A DNA stretch of 53,523 nt from SAR86 cluster bacterium AG-422-P06 (GCA_003213455.1 QCMX01000003.1:1-53523); one strand, 5' to 3'. Positions 20,801 through 31,480 are shown, numbered from the stretch's first letter. Numbers and translations: made by a program. Notes: generated by a model not told the origin, from the sequence alone.

Positions 20801-21114
20801 TCTTCAATAGTTACAGCTGTACCATAAGCAACCACTTCAGATGCACCCTGTGCAATAGTGCTGCTTTGTATACGAAAACAAATTATCGCATTCGCACCTT
20901 TGTTTTTTGCATCTGCCATCATTCTTTCTACGGCTTGATCTCTGGTCTGTTGAAGTAATCTTGAGTATTCTTCTACCTCACCGCCAATAACATTCTTAAG
21001 GCTAGCAAAAATATCTGCTACGGCATGTCTGGCTCTTGCAGAACTGCCTTTAACATAACCAATAGTGCTAATAATGTTCTTTCCAGGAATATGCTCTGAG
21101 GTTGTGATTAACAT
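20797..21114 (-). CDS. YbjQ/UPF0145 family protein
   Basis: LKNVIGGE..Y, GANAI and AYGTAV motifs; 105 aa. Confidence 0.92.
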   Translation of the reverse strand: MLITTSEHIPGKNIISTIGYVKGSSARARHAVADIFASLKNVIGGEVEEYSRLLQQTRDQAVERMMADAKNKGANAIICFRIQSSTIAQGASEVVAYGTAVTIED

Positions 21115-21191
21115 GCTCTTATTCTAACAAATAATTTCAATTGATTATTATGCTTCACAATAAGTATTAAAAGATTTAAAATGCATGCTTC

Positions 21192-21401
21192 ATGGCTGTA
21201 CAAAAAAGTAAAAAAACAAGAAGCAGAATTGGAATGAGACGTTCACACGACTCATTATCAAGCAATTCATTGGCTACTGACCCTGTTTCAGGTGAGAGAC
21301 ATTTAAGACATAACATGTCTGCAGATGGTTTCTATAAAGGCAGGCTAGTCAAAGATCTCAAGAAGAAATCAAAAGAATCTGAAGAAGAAATTCAACAGTA
21401 G
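21192..21401 (+). CDS. rpmF: 50S ribosomal protein L32
   Basis: [20 protein letters not shown] and GFYKGR. Confidence 0.97.
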   Translation: MAVQKSKKTRSRIGMRRSHDSLSSNSLATDPVSGERHLRHNMSADGFYKGRLVKDLKKKSKESEEEIQQ

Positions 21402-21407
21402 ATTTTA

Positions 21408-22337
21408 ATGGCTTTCTCATTCTTATTCCCGGGACAGGGAGCTCAATATTCAGGAATGTTCAAAGAGCATTTTCAAGAATTCCCTGAATTTCAAGAAACT
21501 CTAGCTATTGGTGAAGAATTCTATAAAGAAGATCTTAGAAGCATAATATTAACCGATGACCCCAGGCTAAATGATACCTACTACACACAACCATTATTGA
21601 TGTTGATGAGTTATTCGCTTTTTCAGGTATGGAAAAAGCATAATTGTCCAATGCCAAAAGTGGCTGCGGGGCATAGTCTTGGTGAGGTATCTGCATTTTT
21701 ATGTGCTGGAGGTTTCAGTGTAAAAGATGCATTGAGGTTTATAAAATTTCGAGCAACTTTCATGATAGAAAGCAAAGGAGATACTAAGACAAAGATGTCA
21801 GCTGTACTTGGTCTGGACAGTGAAAGTATAAGAAAAATATTAGCCGATAAAAAAGCTAAATTTTTAGAGGCTGTGAATTTGAATTCTCCATTACAAACGG
21901 TTATTGCAGGTAATACAGATGAGATTGAAGCAGTAAAAAATGAGCTAGCTGATAAAGGCGCTAAAAGAGTTATTGATTTAGCAGTATCAGTGCCATCTCA
22001 TTCAAGTTTAATGAATATTGCTACCACAAAACTAAAACTTGTTTTAGACGAACTCAATATCGCAAAACCAAGCTTTCCGGTAATACAAAACCTACATGCA
22101 AAGATTCCATTAACAACTAAAGAGATTTGCAATAATCTTGCTGAACAGATATCCAACCCTGTTCAGTGGGTATCATCAATGAATAGATTGAAGAAATATG
22201 GTCTTGAAGAACATATTGAATTTGGCCCTAATAAAGTTCTTTCAAGTTTGGCAAAGCAAAACAGGATTAAAGGAACATTTTCATCTCTTGATAATATTGA
22301 TACATTTAAAGAACTACTTGATAAATATGGCAAATAA
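21408..22337 (+). CDS. fabD: Malonyl-CoA:ACP transacylase
   Basis: FPGQGAQ, GHSLGE, VSVPSHS and PVQW motifs. Confidence 0.96.
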   Translation: MAFSFLFPGQGAQYSGMFKEHFQEFPEFQETLAIGEEFYKEDLRSIILTDDPRLNDTYYTQPLLMLMSYSLFQVWKKHNCPMPKVAAGHSLGEVSAFLCAGGFSVKDALRFIKFRATFMIESKGDTKTKMSAVLGLDSESIRKILADKKAKFLEAVNLNSPLQTVIAGNTDEIEAVKNELADKGAKRVIDLAVSVPSHSSLMNIATTKLKLVLDELNIAKPSFPVIQNLHAKIPLTTKEICNNLAEQISNPVQWVSSMNRLKKYGLEEHIEFGPNKVLSSLAKQNRIKGTFSSLDNIDTFKELLDKYGK

Positions 22338-23028
22338 AAAAGTAATTGTTACAGGCGGTAACAGGGGAATAGGAAAAGGCATAGTTCTAAGCTTACTAGA
22401 GTGTGGTTATGAAGTTCTTGCCACTTGCCGAGATGCCTCAAATTTTGATTTTTCTCATGAAAATCTTTCTGTTGCTAATCTCGATATTTCTGATGATGCT
22501 TCGGTAGAGGCTTTTCGTATATCTGTTGAGGAATTCGAACCAAATATTTTGATTAATAATGCAGGCATAACCAAAGATAATCTTTTTTTAAGAATGTCTG
22601 AGGATGATTGGAATGAAGTAATAAATACAAATTTAAATGGAGTATTCAAGATTACCAAGTTAGTAGTTAAAGGTATGCTCAAAAGAAGATGGGGAAGAAT
22701 CATAAATATAAGTTCAATCTCAGGTTCAATGGGAAATCCAGGCCAAACTAACTATTCAGCATCAAAAGCTGGTGTGGACGCGTTTACTAGGTCTCTCGCT
22801 AAAGAATTGGGATCGAGAAACATTACAGTAAATTCAATTGCTCCAGGCTTTATTGAAACTGACATGACAGAGGGTGTTTTAGACCAAGAAATAATAGACA
22901 AGATTCCCCTAAAAAGAGCAGGTAAGGTTGAAGATGTTGCTTCTCTAGTGAACTTTTTATCATCTGAGGAATCAAATTATATAACCGGCCAAACTTTAGT
23001 AGTTGATGGCGGGCTATTTATGAAGTAA
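22327..23028 (+). CDS. fabG: 3-oxoacyl-ACP reductase
   Basis: TGGNRGIG, NNAGITKD and YSASK motifs. Start corrected to ATG 22327. Confidence 0.96.
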   Translation: MANKKVIVTGGNRGIGKGIVLSLLECGYEVLATCRDASNFDFSHENLSVANLDISDDASVEAFRISVEEFEPNILINNAGITKDNLFLRMSEDDWNEVINTNLNGVFKITKLVVKGMLKRRWGRIINISSISGSMGNPGQTNYSASKAGVDAFTRSLAKELGSRNITVNSIAPGFIETDMTEGVLDQEIIDKIPLKRAGKVEDVASLVNFLSSEESNYITGQTLVVDGGLFMK

Positions 23029-23060
23029 TGTATGCTTTACGAATTTACTGAGGAGTAATA

Positions 23061-23294
23061 ATGAGCGAAGTTCTAGATAAAGTTGTAGAAATAGTTTGCA
23101 ATCAGCTGACTGTAAATAAAGATGATGTCACACCAGATTCTTCTTTTGTAGAAGATTTAGGAGCAGATTCACTGGATACTGTTGAATTAGTAATGGCATT
23201 TGAAGAGGAATTCGGTCTTGAAATTCCAGATGACGAAGCTGAAAATATTACAACAATTAAGAGTGCCGTCGATTGGATCCAAAACAATAGCTAA
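23061..23294 (+). CDS. acpP: Acyl carrier protein
   Basis: [15 protein letters not shown] motif; SD GAGGAG. Confidence 0.98.
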   Translation: MSEVLDKVVEIVCNQLTVNKDDVTPDSSFVEDLGADSLDTVELVMAFEEEFGLEIPDDEAENITTIKSAVDWIQNNS

Positions 23295-24255
23295 GAAATC
23301 ACTACTTTTTTTCCTAGTTCTTGGGTTTTTATTTATATCTACAAAGCTTCAGTTTGCGCTTGAGCAAAAAATCCCTGTCCAAGACCATAACCAAACCTTC
23401 ATAGTTGAGAAGGGCGATAGCCTATATGGAATACTTTCTGATATCGAGGCAGAGTATGGTCTTTATAGTACATGGTGGGTGAGGTTCAAATACATATTTA
23501 AAGACCATCCTGTTATAAAAGCAGGCCGATATAACATACCGTCTAATTCAAGCATCTCAGAGCTAATTAAGCGCTTTGAGGAGGGTGATGTTCAGTTATT
23601 TAAGCTTGCAGTTATTGAAGGTACAGTTGCAAAGAAAAGCTTAGATAACTTAGAAGAGCTAATTAATAACCAAAACTTACAAATAAACATTCCCAAAGAA
23701 GTGAGTGACATATTCTCTCGTGAGGGTCTTATTATGCCTGACACATATTTTTTTAGTGACGAGCAAGATCTCATTGAAGTTTTGGCAAATTCAAAATCCT
23801 ATCTAGATGAATATTTAATAAAAGCATGGGAAAGCAAGCCAAAAGATAATCCTTTAAATTCACCCAAAGAAGCTCTGATTCTTGCTTCAATTATTGAGAG
23901 AGAAGCAGTTTTGCCATCTGAGCAAACAACAATTGCATCAGTATTTCTAGCTAGACTAAATATAAATATGAAATTACAGGCCGATCCAACTTCTTCATAT
24001 GGCTATTATCAGGATTATGGGAAAAAAATTGGCAGAGCAGTTCTAGACGATAAAAACTTATACAACACTTATCAGGTGAAAGGTCTTCCACCTGGACCAA
24101 TTTGCTACCCATCTAAAGGTGCTATCGATGCAGCAATAATGTCGTCTCCTGGTGATTATTTCTATTTTGTAGCTAGAGGTGATGGATCTCATGTTTTTTC
24201 AAAAACATATCAGGAACATAATAAAGCTGTAAAAAAGTATATTTACAGTAAATAA
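23263..24255 (+). CDS. mltG: Endolytic transglycosylase MltG
   Basis: N-terminal transmembrane segment; [14 protein letters not shown] and YNTY..GLPPGPI motifs. Start uncertain; nearest conventional start is GTG 23263. Confidence 0.9.
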   Translation: MPSIGSKTIAKKSLLFFLVLGFLFISTKLQFALEQKIPVQDHNQTFIVEKGDSLYGILSDIEAEYGLYSTWWVRFKYIFKDHPVIKAGRYNIPSNSSISELIKRFEEGDVQLFKLAVIEGTVAKKSLDNLEELINNQNLQINIPKEVSDIFSREGLIMPDTYFFSDEQDLIEVLANSKSYLDEYLIKAWESKPKDNPLNSPKEALILASIIEREAVLPSEQTTIASVFLARLNINMKLQADPTSSYGYYQDYGKKIGRAVLDDKNLYNTYQVKGLPPGPICYPSKGAIDAAIMSSPGDYFYFVARGDGSHVFSKTYQEHNKAVKKYIYSK

Positions 24256-24263
24256 TATATATC

Positions 24264-24881
24264 GTGTTTATTTCATTTGAAGGTATTGAAGGATCAGGAA
24301 AGTCTACTCAAATTGACTTATTAGAATCCCATCTTAAAGAGCTAGGTTATAAAGTTGCAAAACTCAGAGAGCCAGGCGGCACTCTTATGGGTGAGAAGAT
24401 AAGAGATATTTTTCTACAAGATACTTCAGAAAAAGTTGATCCAATTACAGAAGCTTTTTTACTTTATGCTTCAAGAAAACATCTTGACCAAAACTTCTTA
24501 AGGGAAAAAATTAATCAAGGATATATCGTTATTGCTGATAGGTACTCTGATGCTACTGTAGCCTATCAATGTTTTGGTAAAGGCCTAGAGAAAGACTTTA
24601 TAGATCTAATACACAATAGCTCTAATTTGCTAACTCCAGATTTAACATTTTATATGGATATTTCAGCTGAAATGTCGAGGGAAAGGATATCTGATAGAGA
24701 GATGGATAGGATGGAAAGTGAGTCAGTTGAGTTTTTTGACAGGGTAAGACAAGGATACTTGCAGATAGCAGCAGAGAACCCAGAAAGAGTAATAAGCCTC
24801 GATGCAAACAAAAGCATTAACGAATTAAAAGATGAGATTGCCACTAAAACTACTGAAAAACTAAATGCTTCCTTGGGATAA
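24264..24881 (+). CDS. tmk: Thymidylate kinase
   Basis: FEGIEGSGKSTQ, REPGG and DRY motifs. Confidence 0.97.
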   Translation: MFISFEGIEGSGKSTQIDLLESHLKELGYKVAKLREPGGTLMGEKIRDIFLQDTSEKVDPITEAFLLYASRKHLDQNFLREKINQGYIVIADRYSDATVAYQCFGKGLEKDFIDLIHNSSNLLTPDLTFYMDISAEMSRERISDREMDRMESESVEFFDRVRQGYLQIAAENPERVISLDANKSINELKDEIATKTTEKLNASLG

Positions 24882-25680
24882 AAAATTTTTAGATGGCATA
24901 GGCAGTATTCAGCCTAAAACAATTTTATGTGGGCCTGATGGCCTTAATATAAATGACATTTCAAGAAGTTTGGTTAAGAAATTAATCTCTGAAACAGACA
25001 GTAGAGATTACTCAGACAGTAAGTTGGAAAACATAGCTTCACCTAACTTCTATTTTCTAAAAAGAGATCCAGAAAAAAGCATCATACCAATTTCTGAACT
25101 TAGAGAACCAAGAGATTTTCTTACCCTAAGTACTTCAAACAGAAGGTTGCTTTTTATTCAGGGTGGGGAAGATATAAGAATTGATGGTTATAATTCATTG
25201 CTCAAAGTTGCAGAGGATACTGGTAAGGACACATATATATTTATTTCTACTAATAATCTTTCACAAATTCCATCGACTATAAAAAGTAGATTTCACATCA
25301 CCAGAGTACCAAGACCTTCAGCATCTGAAGTAAAAGAATATCTTTCATCTAAATCATTCAACCTCTCAGAAGATGCACTTAATTTTTTATCAGAAAATCC
25401 AAATGAATTTGATAGATCAATAGATGAAATATCAACAAAAATGGAAAAATATGATTCGTACCTTAAAAATAAAAACATTCAGTCAAAAGATAAAGGTGAA
25501 ATTTCAGCCTTCACCGATTATCTTATATTTCTTGAGAAGAGTAGGGTTGTTTCAAATAGTAAACAGTCATTGATACATCTAGAGAAATTGATTGATATTA
25601 AAAAATCTATAAATTTACCAAACAATTTAAGTCTTGATGTAATCAAATTAAGACTCAATTCTTGTCTTGAATTGGTTTAG
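24865..25680 (+). CDS. holB: DNA polymerase III delta' subunit, divergent and short
   Basis: MLPW start, NSLLKVAED (NALLKxLEE-like) and PSTIKSR motifs; follows tmk. Confidence 0.78.
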   Translation: MLPWDKKFLDGIGSIQPKTILCGPDGLNINDISRSLVKKLISETDSRDYSDSKLENIASPNFYFLKRDPEKSIIPISELREPRDFLTLSTSNRRLLFIQGGEDIRIDGYNSLLKVAEDTGKDTYIFISTNNLSQIPSTIKSRFHITRVPRPSASEVKEYLSSKSFNLSEDALNFLSENPNEFDRSIDEISTKMEKYDSYLKNKNIQSKDKGEISAFTDYLIFLEKSRVVSNSKQSLIHLEKLIDIKKSINLPNNLSLDVIKLRLNSCLELV

Positions 25681-27181
25681 GAAAAAACTTGTTATTTTGT
25701 TCAAAAGAATAAGCCATATTAAGCAGCTTAACTTCATCCCATGCTGAACCCATAAAAGAGACCCCGGTAGGGAGGCTATCTGAAAAATCTAGAGGTATTG
25801 TGATATGAGGATAGCCAGATATAGCTGACAAGGCTCCATTTCCCCAACCATTTTCAAAAGTATCTCCAGTCTGATAATTAATTTTCCATGCAGTATTTCT
25901 AGTCAAACCTACAAGAGCATCCAGTTTATTATCAGCTAATGTATCGTCTATAGCTTTCTTAGCATATTCAAGCGTTTTTAATGACTCTTGATAGATGTTT
26001 TCAGTTCTGACACTTCCAATAGTTCTTCCTGGCGCAGACTCTACGCTTTTGATGAAATATTCTTGCCCATAGAAGCTCATAACTTGTTTAGAATTTAATT
26101 TATTAAAATCTATAACTGATTCCATATCCTGCATTCTTGATTTAGATTTTTTTAGGTAACTATTAAGACCTATATAGAATTCATGCTGAAGAACAAATAA
26201 AGCAGCAGACCAAAAATTTTCAGGCATGCCAGAAAATCTAACTTCTATTACTTCAGCACCAATTGATTTTAGCTGTTTTTTAACCTTTTCAATTAATCTT
26301 AATGCCTCATTTGGAGCATTAAGATCTGGCATTATTAAACCTATTCTTTTTCCATTTAAGTAATCTCTGTTTAATTCTGTCAGTGCATCAAAATCGTAAT
26401 TGCTTGGTATTGAATGCGTGTATACATCTTTAGGGTCTTTTCCTGAAATAGCTTGAAGTACTATTGCAGCATCTAAAACGCTTCTTGCTAGAGGTCCAGC
26501 AGTGTCCTGGGTAGAAGAAATAGGAATTATTCCATGTCTGCTAACAAGCCCAACTGTAGGCTTTATTCCTACAACACCATTCATTGAAGCAGGGCAGGTT
26601 ATAGAGCCATTTGTTTCAGTGCCTATCGATACAGGAACAAGACCAAGAGCAACTGCTGCTGCACTGCCTGAGCTTGATCCGCAAGGACTGTAGTTATAGT
26701 TGTATGGATTTCTTGTTTGTCCCCCATAGCTTGACCACCCACTTACAGATTTTTCTCCCCTAAAATTAGCCCATTCTGATAAATTTGCTTTTCCAAGAAT
26801 AAGAAAACCAGCTTTTTTTAGATTCTTGACTAAATGAGCATCACTTCGTGGAAAATTATCGGTTAAAGAGATTGATCCTGCAGTATTAGCAAGCCCCTTT
26901 GCATCTATATTATCTTTAAGGAGTATAGGTACACCTTGCCAATCTTTATTCTTGCCATACACGTATGATCTGTAAAGCTGATTAGTTTCATAAAGAGAAA
27001 TTATAGAATTAACATCATTATCTGAGTTTTTTACCCAATCAGAGTAGTCTTTTAGAAAAGCTTTTTTATTTTTACTGTCAGATAGGTTTTCTTGAAACTC
27101 AGTGACTGAGAGAGCCTTAAATGATTCTGAGCTCCATAGAAAAGACGATAAAAATAAGACAAATATTGCTTTAGAACTCAT
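25655..27181 (-). CDS. Secreted amidase-signature family enzyme
   Basis: LLKDNID, GSSSGS and GTETNGSI (Lys-cisSer-Ser) motifs; signal-like N-terminus from ATG 27181. Confidence 0.92.
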   Translation of the reverse strand: MSSKAIFVLFLSSFLWSSESFKALSVTEFQENLSDSKNKKAFLKDYSDWVKNSDNDVNSIISLYETNQLYRSYVYGKNKDWQGVPILLKDNIDAKGLANTAGSISLTDNFPRSDAHLVKNLKKAGFLILGKANLSEWANFRGEKSVSGWSSYGGQTRNPYNYNYSPCGSSSGSAAAVALGLVPVSIGTETNGSITCPASMNGVVGIKPTVGLVSRHGIIPISSTQDTAGPLARSVLDAAIVLQAISGKDPKDVYTHSIPSNYDFDALTELNRDYLNGKRIGLIMPDLNAPNEALRLIEKVKKQLKSIGAEVIEVRFSGMPENFWSAALFVLQHEFYIGLNSYLKKSKSRMQDMESVIDFNKLNSKQVMSFYGQEYFIKSVESAPGRTIGSVRTENIYQESLKTLEYAKKAIDDTLADNKLDALVGLTRNTAWKINYQTGDTFENGWGNGALSAISGYPHITIPLDFSDSLPTGVSFMGSAWDEVKLLNMAYSFEQNNKFFPKPIQDKN

Positions 27182-27182
27182 C

Positions 27183-28628
27183 TTAGATAAATTGCTTTTT
27201 AGCGACAGATAACAGGTTAGCTTGAAGATTTTCATTATTTAAATGAAATCTATCTATTTCATTGTCCCAATCAAGGTCTTTAAAGTCTAAGAGCCCTTTC
27301 TTATACCAGTCTTCGTCTTTAAACTCTAAATCCTGTGAAGATTTAATAAAGGTATTCATTAACCAAGTCCTGCTTGTAATTTCATTGATTAAATCAAAAA
27401 TTTCTTCGCATTTTTCATAAGTATTATTAAGGAAATATGCAAAAAATAGATTATTTGTTCGTCTGTCAGAACTACTATCTGCAAATGGTACAGGATCAAT
27501 TGCATATAATTTTTCCCACATTTTTACTCCCTCTGAAATTTTATTGTTTCTTAAAAGCGCATCACCGTAAATAGACATCACATTAGGGTTATTTGGGTTA
27601 GCATTGAAAGAAATTGTGGCAAATTTTAGAGCCTGAGCATAATCATGCAAGGAAAGGTGTACCTCTCCCAAGAGTCTGTTAGCATTCCAATCATTTTCAT
27701 TCATTTCTTTTGCAAAATTTATTGCTTCAAACATCTCATTTACCCACTCATCTGTTTGCTCTACAAAACCCATACCTATAGCTTGACCCATAGTGCAGGC
27801 TTTCCAGGAGTAGGGCAGAGGGTTTGTTTTATCAGCTTCTATTGCTAAATTAAGCATTTTCAATGCTTCAGTATTAGATTCTTTGTTATATTTCTGATTT
27901 AAGGCTCTTCCCTTAAGCATATAGTCATATGAAGTCATATTTTTTGTAGGTTTTCTAAAGGCTCTTTTAAGACTTTTTATTTCAATATTTCCTACAGTTT
28001 GATTAATAATTTTTTTAACAATTTCATCTTGTACTTCGAAGATATCCTTCTTAACACGATCATATTTATTTGACCAAAGTACATTACCATCTTCAGATTC
28101 AGATAATTCCACAGATATCCTAAGCCTATCTTCTACCGCTCTAATGCTTCCAGATACTAAATAATCAGCATTCCATTTGGAGGCAAATTCATTAACAGAA
28201 AGCGCATCATTCCTACATTCGAAACATGCTTTTCTAGAAACAATTTCAACCTCTTTTATCATAGAAAACTCACTTATTAAGTCTTCTACGATGCCATCAA
28301 CAAGAAATAAACCTTCTTCATCTTTATTGAGATTCTCAAATGGCAGGACCCCAATTTTGGGTATTAAGTTTTCACTTTTGACAACACCTTTATTTGTTTC
28401 TACTTCGTCATCTTCAGATCTTAAGAAATATGCCATTAATAGGAACACAGGCAAGAATGCTGGCACTCCAATAAACAAAGTTTGCATGAATAGCTCTTGA
28501 GAGATCCCTAAAGTATCTTTAATGGAAACATTGTTTACTACAACACTTGCTAATTGTATTAATGCAAAACCAGCAACTACATATGCAGTTGCACTTTTCC
28601 ATAAAACTTTAAAAACCTTCTTTAACAT
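27183..28628 (-). CDS. Membrane-anchored TolB-N-like/TPR protein (resembles the adenylate-cyclase C-terminal module, no cyclase domain)
   Basis: Two N-terminal hydrophobic helices; IGVLPFENL..DGIVEDLI and DIFEVQDEI motifs; helical repeats. Confidence 0.78.
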   Translation of the reverse strand: MLKKVFKVLWKSATAYVVAGFALIQLASVVVNNVSIKDTLGISQELFMQTLFIGVPAFLPVFLLMAYFLRSEDDEVETNKGVVKSENLIPKIGVLPFENLNKDEEGLFLVDGIVEDLISEFSMIKEVEIVSRKACFECRNDALSVNEFASKWNADYLVSGSIRAVEDRLRISVELSESEDGNVLWSNKYDRVKKDIFEVQDEIVKKIINQTVGNIEIKSLKRAFRKPTKNMTSYDYMLKGRALNQKYNKESNTEALKMLNLAIEADKTNPLPYSWKACTMGQAIGMGFVEQTDEWVNEMFEAINFAKEMNENDWNANRLLGEVHLSLHDYAQALKFATISFNANPNNPNVMSIYGDALLRNNKISEGVKMWEKLYAIDPVPFADSSSDRRTNNLFFAYFLNNTYEKCEEIFDLINEITSRTWLMNTFIKSSQDLEFKDEDWYKKGLLDFKDLDWDNEIDRFHLNNENLQANLLSVAKKQFI

Positions 28629-31480
28629 TATGGATCTATTCTAGGTGAGGTACCTAATCCAGCCCCATAAACTACTGCATTTAACCATAGTCTGCTTGTT
28701 CCTAGTGCTGCACCTCTAAAGTTTGGCTCTCCTGAAAATAAAATTACCTGGCCTCTACCAACCCTTTCTCGTGTAAGGTAGGCTGAGTTTGCAATTCTTT
28801 GTGAAGCTTCAGGCCAAACTAAGCCACTCATTTTTACATTGAGATCTGTATTAGGCGGCATATCAGACCAGTTAATTGTTCTATAGGTTGTAGCTTCTTT
28901 GTTTTCAATTATCTGTCCCACTCGAACAGCTGCTTCAGAGTTATTGCTAGTCATAAGAACAGGGTTATTGCCATAAAGAACGGGGAGGGTATCTATTGTT
29001 CCAAACGTTAACCAATGCTCATTATCAATTCTTCCTGCAACAATAGCACCAGATGGCATAAACAAAGACTGCCACTTATCCCTCATTTCTAATTGCGCTT
29101 TATTGAATTTGTTTTTACTAACTTCCCAAGGGTATTCAACTTCAAAATCTACCTTATTTTCGTTAACCTTTTGCATATCAATTTCTACGCTCAATGCTCC
29201 AAATTCACGCTGTAGATCCATGTTATAGGCTTCACTTTTATCGAATGTGCTTGAAATTTGTCTAACTGAACCAATTCCATTTTCAGATGCAAGACTTCTT
29301 GAACTTCCATTGTGAGCAATTAAGGTACCACCTTGTTTAACCCAATCTCTTATGCTGCTCATTTCAGAGTTTGATAGCCCTTGATAGCCACTTGGCATAA
29401 TAATTGTGTTGTAACGGGTTAAATCACCATAACTAACAGATGAGCCATTTACCATGCTATGTCTAATGCCCAGGTGGTGATCTAAAGACCACCAACTTAC
29501 ACCCACATCATATGAGCTGAAGTTTTGCTGTGCCATTAATGCAATTTGTGGTCGTTCTAAAAGCCTGAAATGTCTACCACCCCAATCTGGAAGTTCCTCA
29601 GGTCCAAAACCTGAATCTATTGATACAACTGAAATGCTTAAATCACTAGCCACAGACCCAACAACAGAGCTTAAATTTTCAAAATTTGGATTATCCATTT
29701 CAATAACAACTACGCTGCCTCGTGGAAGGTTTTGGTCTGAAAGAATAGATTCTTTGTCTATAATTCTAACCTCAATACCAAGCTCCATAAGTCTTGCAGC
29801 GAAGGCTACAGAGCGATCATCTATCCCATTTACAGCCCACATAAGAGCATCTTTATTGATAGTATTGTCTATTTTTGATGGTTCCCATTTCGAAAGATTT
29901 CCTTGTATATTCTCTTGAACAGTAACTGCTTCTAGGCCGTACATCATGGTTAAGTTAAAAGCTGTTGTGTCATACATTATTGAAGAGCCATTCTTTAAAG
30001 TTTGTCTTCTTTCCTCTTCCAGGACTGACTCAATTATTTCAGCATCAAATTCAAGTATTGCTGCTATTAAAGGTGCTTCTGGCTGAAGATTTGGAATAAT
30101 CATGCTACCAGCTGGTATTACATAATTCTCTTGAGAATCACCAGTTTGTTTTAAAGCAGATTTAGTCTGAATAGGTTTGGTATTTAAATAAATTTCAATA
30201 TCTTGAGCTTGGAGTTTCTTAGCAAAAGTATTAAGTCTTCCTATATTTTCTGTAGGCAATACAACAAAGGTTTGATTAGCAAATTCACTATTTTTAGAGA
30301 CATTATATTTTCTTCCATCCCAGAAATCTTGATACATAGCCTTTGTATGTTTTTCAAGAGTTTTAAGGTTAGCTAAGGTACTAACAAACTGGTGATGGAC
30401 TGATTCTTTATATGATTGAATCGTTCCCTCAGGTCTTCTTACACCATCTTCAGACATTCTAGATTGCTCATATAAGATCCCTAAACTTCCTCTAAATTGA
30501 ATATAAAAAGAGTAGCCAGGATAGAGGTCTTCATGCCATTCACCAGTATAAAATCGCCAATTATTATCATCAAAAGCTTTTGCTTGATCATCAGCAAAAA
30601 CATTACCCCATTTAATTAAATCTCTGTCTATATTTGTATTTATTGGTTCTCTTGGAGGCCCAGTCATAAAGGTATCTTGGGCACCCATCTCATGACCATC
30701 AACAAGAATTTGTGGACGCCATTTATTGATTAAAGGTACTCTTCCTTGAGTTTCAGGTTGAGTAAGGTAAAACCAATCTCTATTCAGATCGAAGTAATAA
30801 TGATTTGTTCTTGCATAAGGCCAGTCGCCTGAATGTAAAAGAGATTGATCATCATAATTTGGTGCTGTTCCTCTATATTGTTCAAGGGATTTTACGAACC
30901 TATCTCTACCATCTGGATTCATCATAGGGTCAACAATTACTATCATATTATCTAGCATGTTAGTAACAGCATTATCTTTACTTGCTATTAGGTGATAAAT
31001 AATACCTAATGCTGCATCTGCACCAGATGTCTCGTTACCATGGATAGAATAGGCCATCCAAGCAGTTGCTGGTAACGATTCGATTAAAGATTGAGCTTCA
31101 CGATTAGAAGTAGCTCTGGCATCTGAGAGTTTAGCAATAGATTTTTGGATATTATCTAAATTAGCAAGATTTTCAGGTGAGGATATATACAATGCAAACA
31201 ATGTGCGACCTTCATGTGTTTTGCCATATTCAATTACTTTTAGCCTGTCAGATTGTTGTGCATATGCTCTTATAGCGTTTTCAATCTGATAAGGGCTAGC
31301 TACTCTAGTACCATAATCAAAATCAAGAAAATTGTCAGGATGGCTGATAGTATCTAGATAATTACCATTAAGAATAGTATTTGAATATAAATCTTTCGAT
31401 AAAGAAGTTGGTTTCATTAAATCTCCAATTAAATAATTAGAGGAGAGTAGGGTGAGTAACATTAAAAATCTGTAAATCAT
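28628..31480 (-). CDS. Secreted M14 zinc carboxypeptidase with C-terminal GATase1-like domain
   Basis: Signal peptide; IHGNE (HxxE), NPDGR, DLNRD and DGHEM motifs; WVKQGGTLIA. Confidence 0.9.
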   Translation of the reverse strand: MIYRFLMLLTLLSSNYLIGDLMKPTSLSKDLYSNTILNGNYLDTISHPDNFLDFDYGTRVASPYQIENAIRAYAQQSDRLKVIEYGKTHEGRTLFALYISSPENLANLDNIQKSIAKLSDARATSNREAQSLIESLPATAWMAYSIHGNETSGADAALGIIYHLIASKDNAVTNMLDNMIVIVDPMMNPDGRDRFVKSLEQYRGTAPNYDDQSLLHSGDWPYARTNHYYFDLNRDWFYLTQPETQGRVPLINKWRPQILVDGHEMGAQDTFMTGPPREPINTNIDRDLIKWGNVFADDQAKAFDDNNWRFYTGEWHEDLYPGYSFYIQFRGSLGILYEQSRMSEDGVRRPEGTIQSYKESVHHQFVSTLANLKTLEKHTKAMYQDFWDGRKYNVSKNSEFANQTFVVLPTENIGRLNTFAKKLQAQDIEIYLNTKPIQTKSALKQTGDSQENYVIPAGSMIIPNLQPEAPLIAAILEFDAEIIESVLEEERRQTLKNGSSIMYDTTAFNLTMMYGLEAVTVQENIQGNLSKWEPSKIDNTINKDALMWAVNGIDDRSVAFAARLMELGIEVRIIDKESILSDQNLPRGSVVVIEMDNPNFENLSSVVGSVASDLSISVVSIDSGFGPEELPDWGGRHFRLLERPQIALMAQQNFSSYDVGVSWWSLDHHLGIRHSMVNGSSVSYGDLTRYNTIIMPSGYQGLSNSEMSSIRDWVKQGGTLIAHNGSSRSLASENGIGSVRQISSTFDKSEAYNMDLQREFGALSVEIDMQKVNENKVDFEVEYPWEVSKNKFNKAQLEMRDKWQSLFMPSGAIVAGRIDNEHWLTFGTIDTLPVLYGNNPVLMTSNNSEAAVRVGQIIENKEATTYRTINWSDMPPNTDLNVKMSGLVWPEASQRIANSAYLTRERVGRGQVILFSGEPNFRGAALGTSRLWLNAVVYGAGLGTSPRIDP

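Noticed and set aside
4279-21058. Single-mismatch XerD-arm look-alikes at 4279-4289 and 21048-21058
   Set aside because: One mismatch in an AT-rich 11-mer is expected by chance, and neither has an XerC arm.
22198-22326. Long N-terminal extensions in the ORF track for fabG (also nrdA, nrdB, ygfZ, era, amidase, nqrB)
   Set aside because: Artefacts of taking the first possible start. Downstream starts fit family N-termini, SD position or stop/start coupling.
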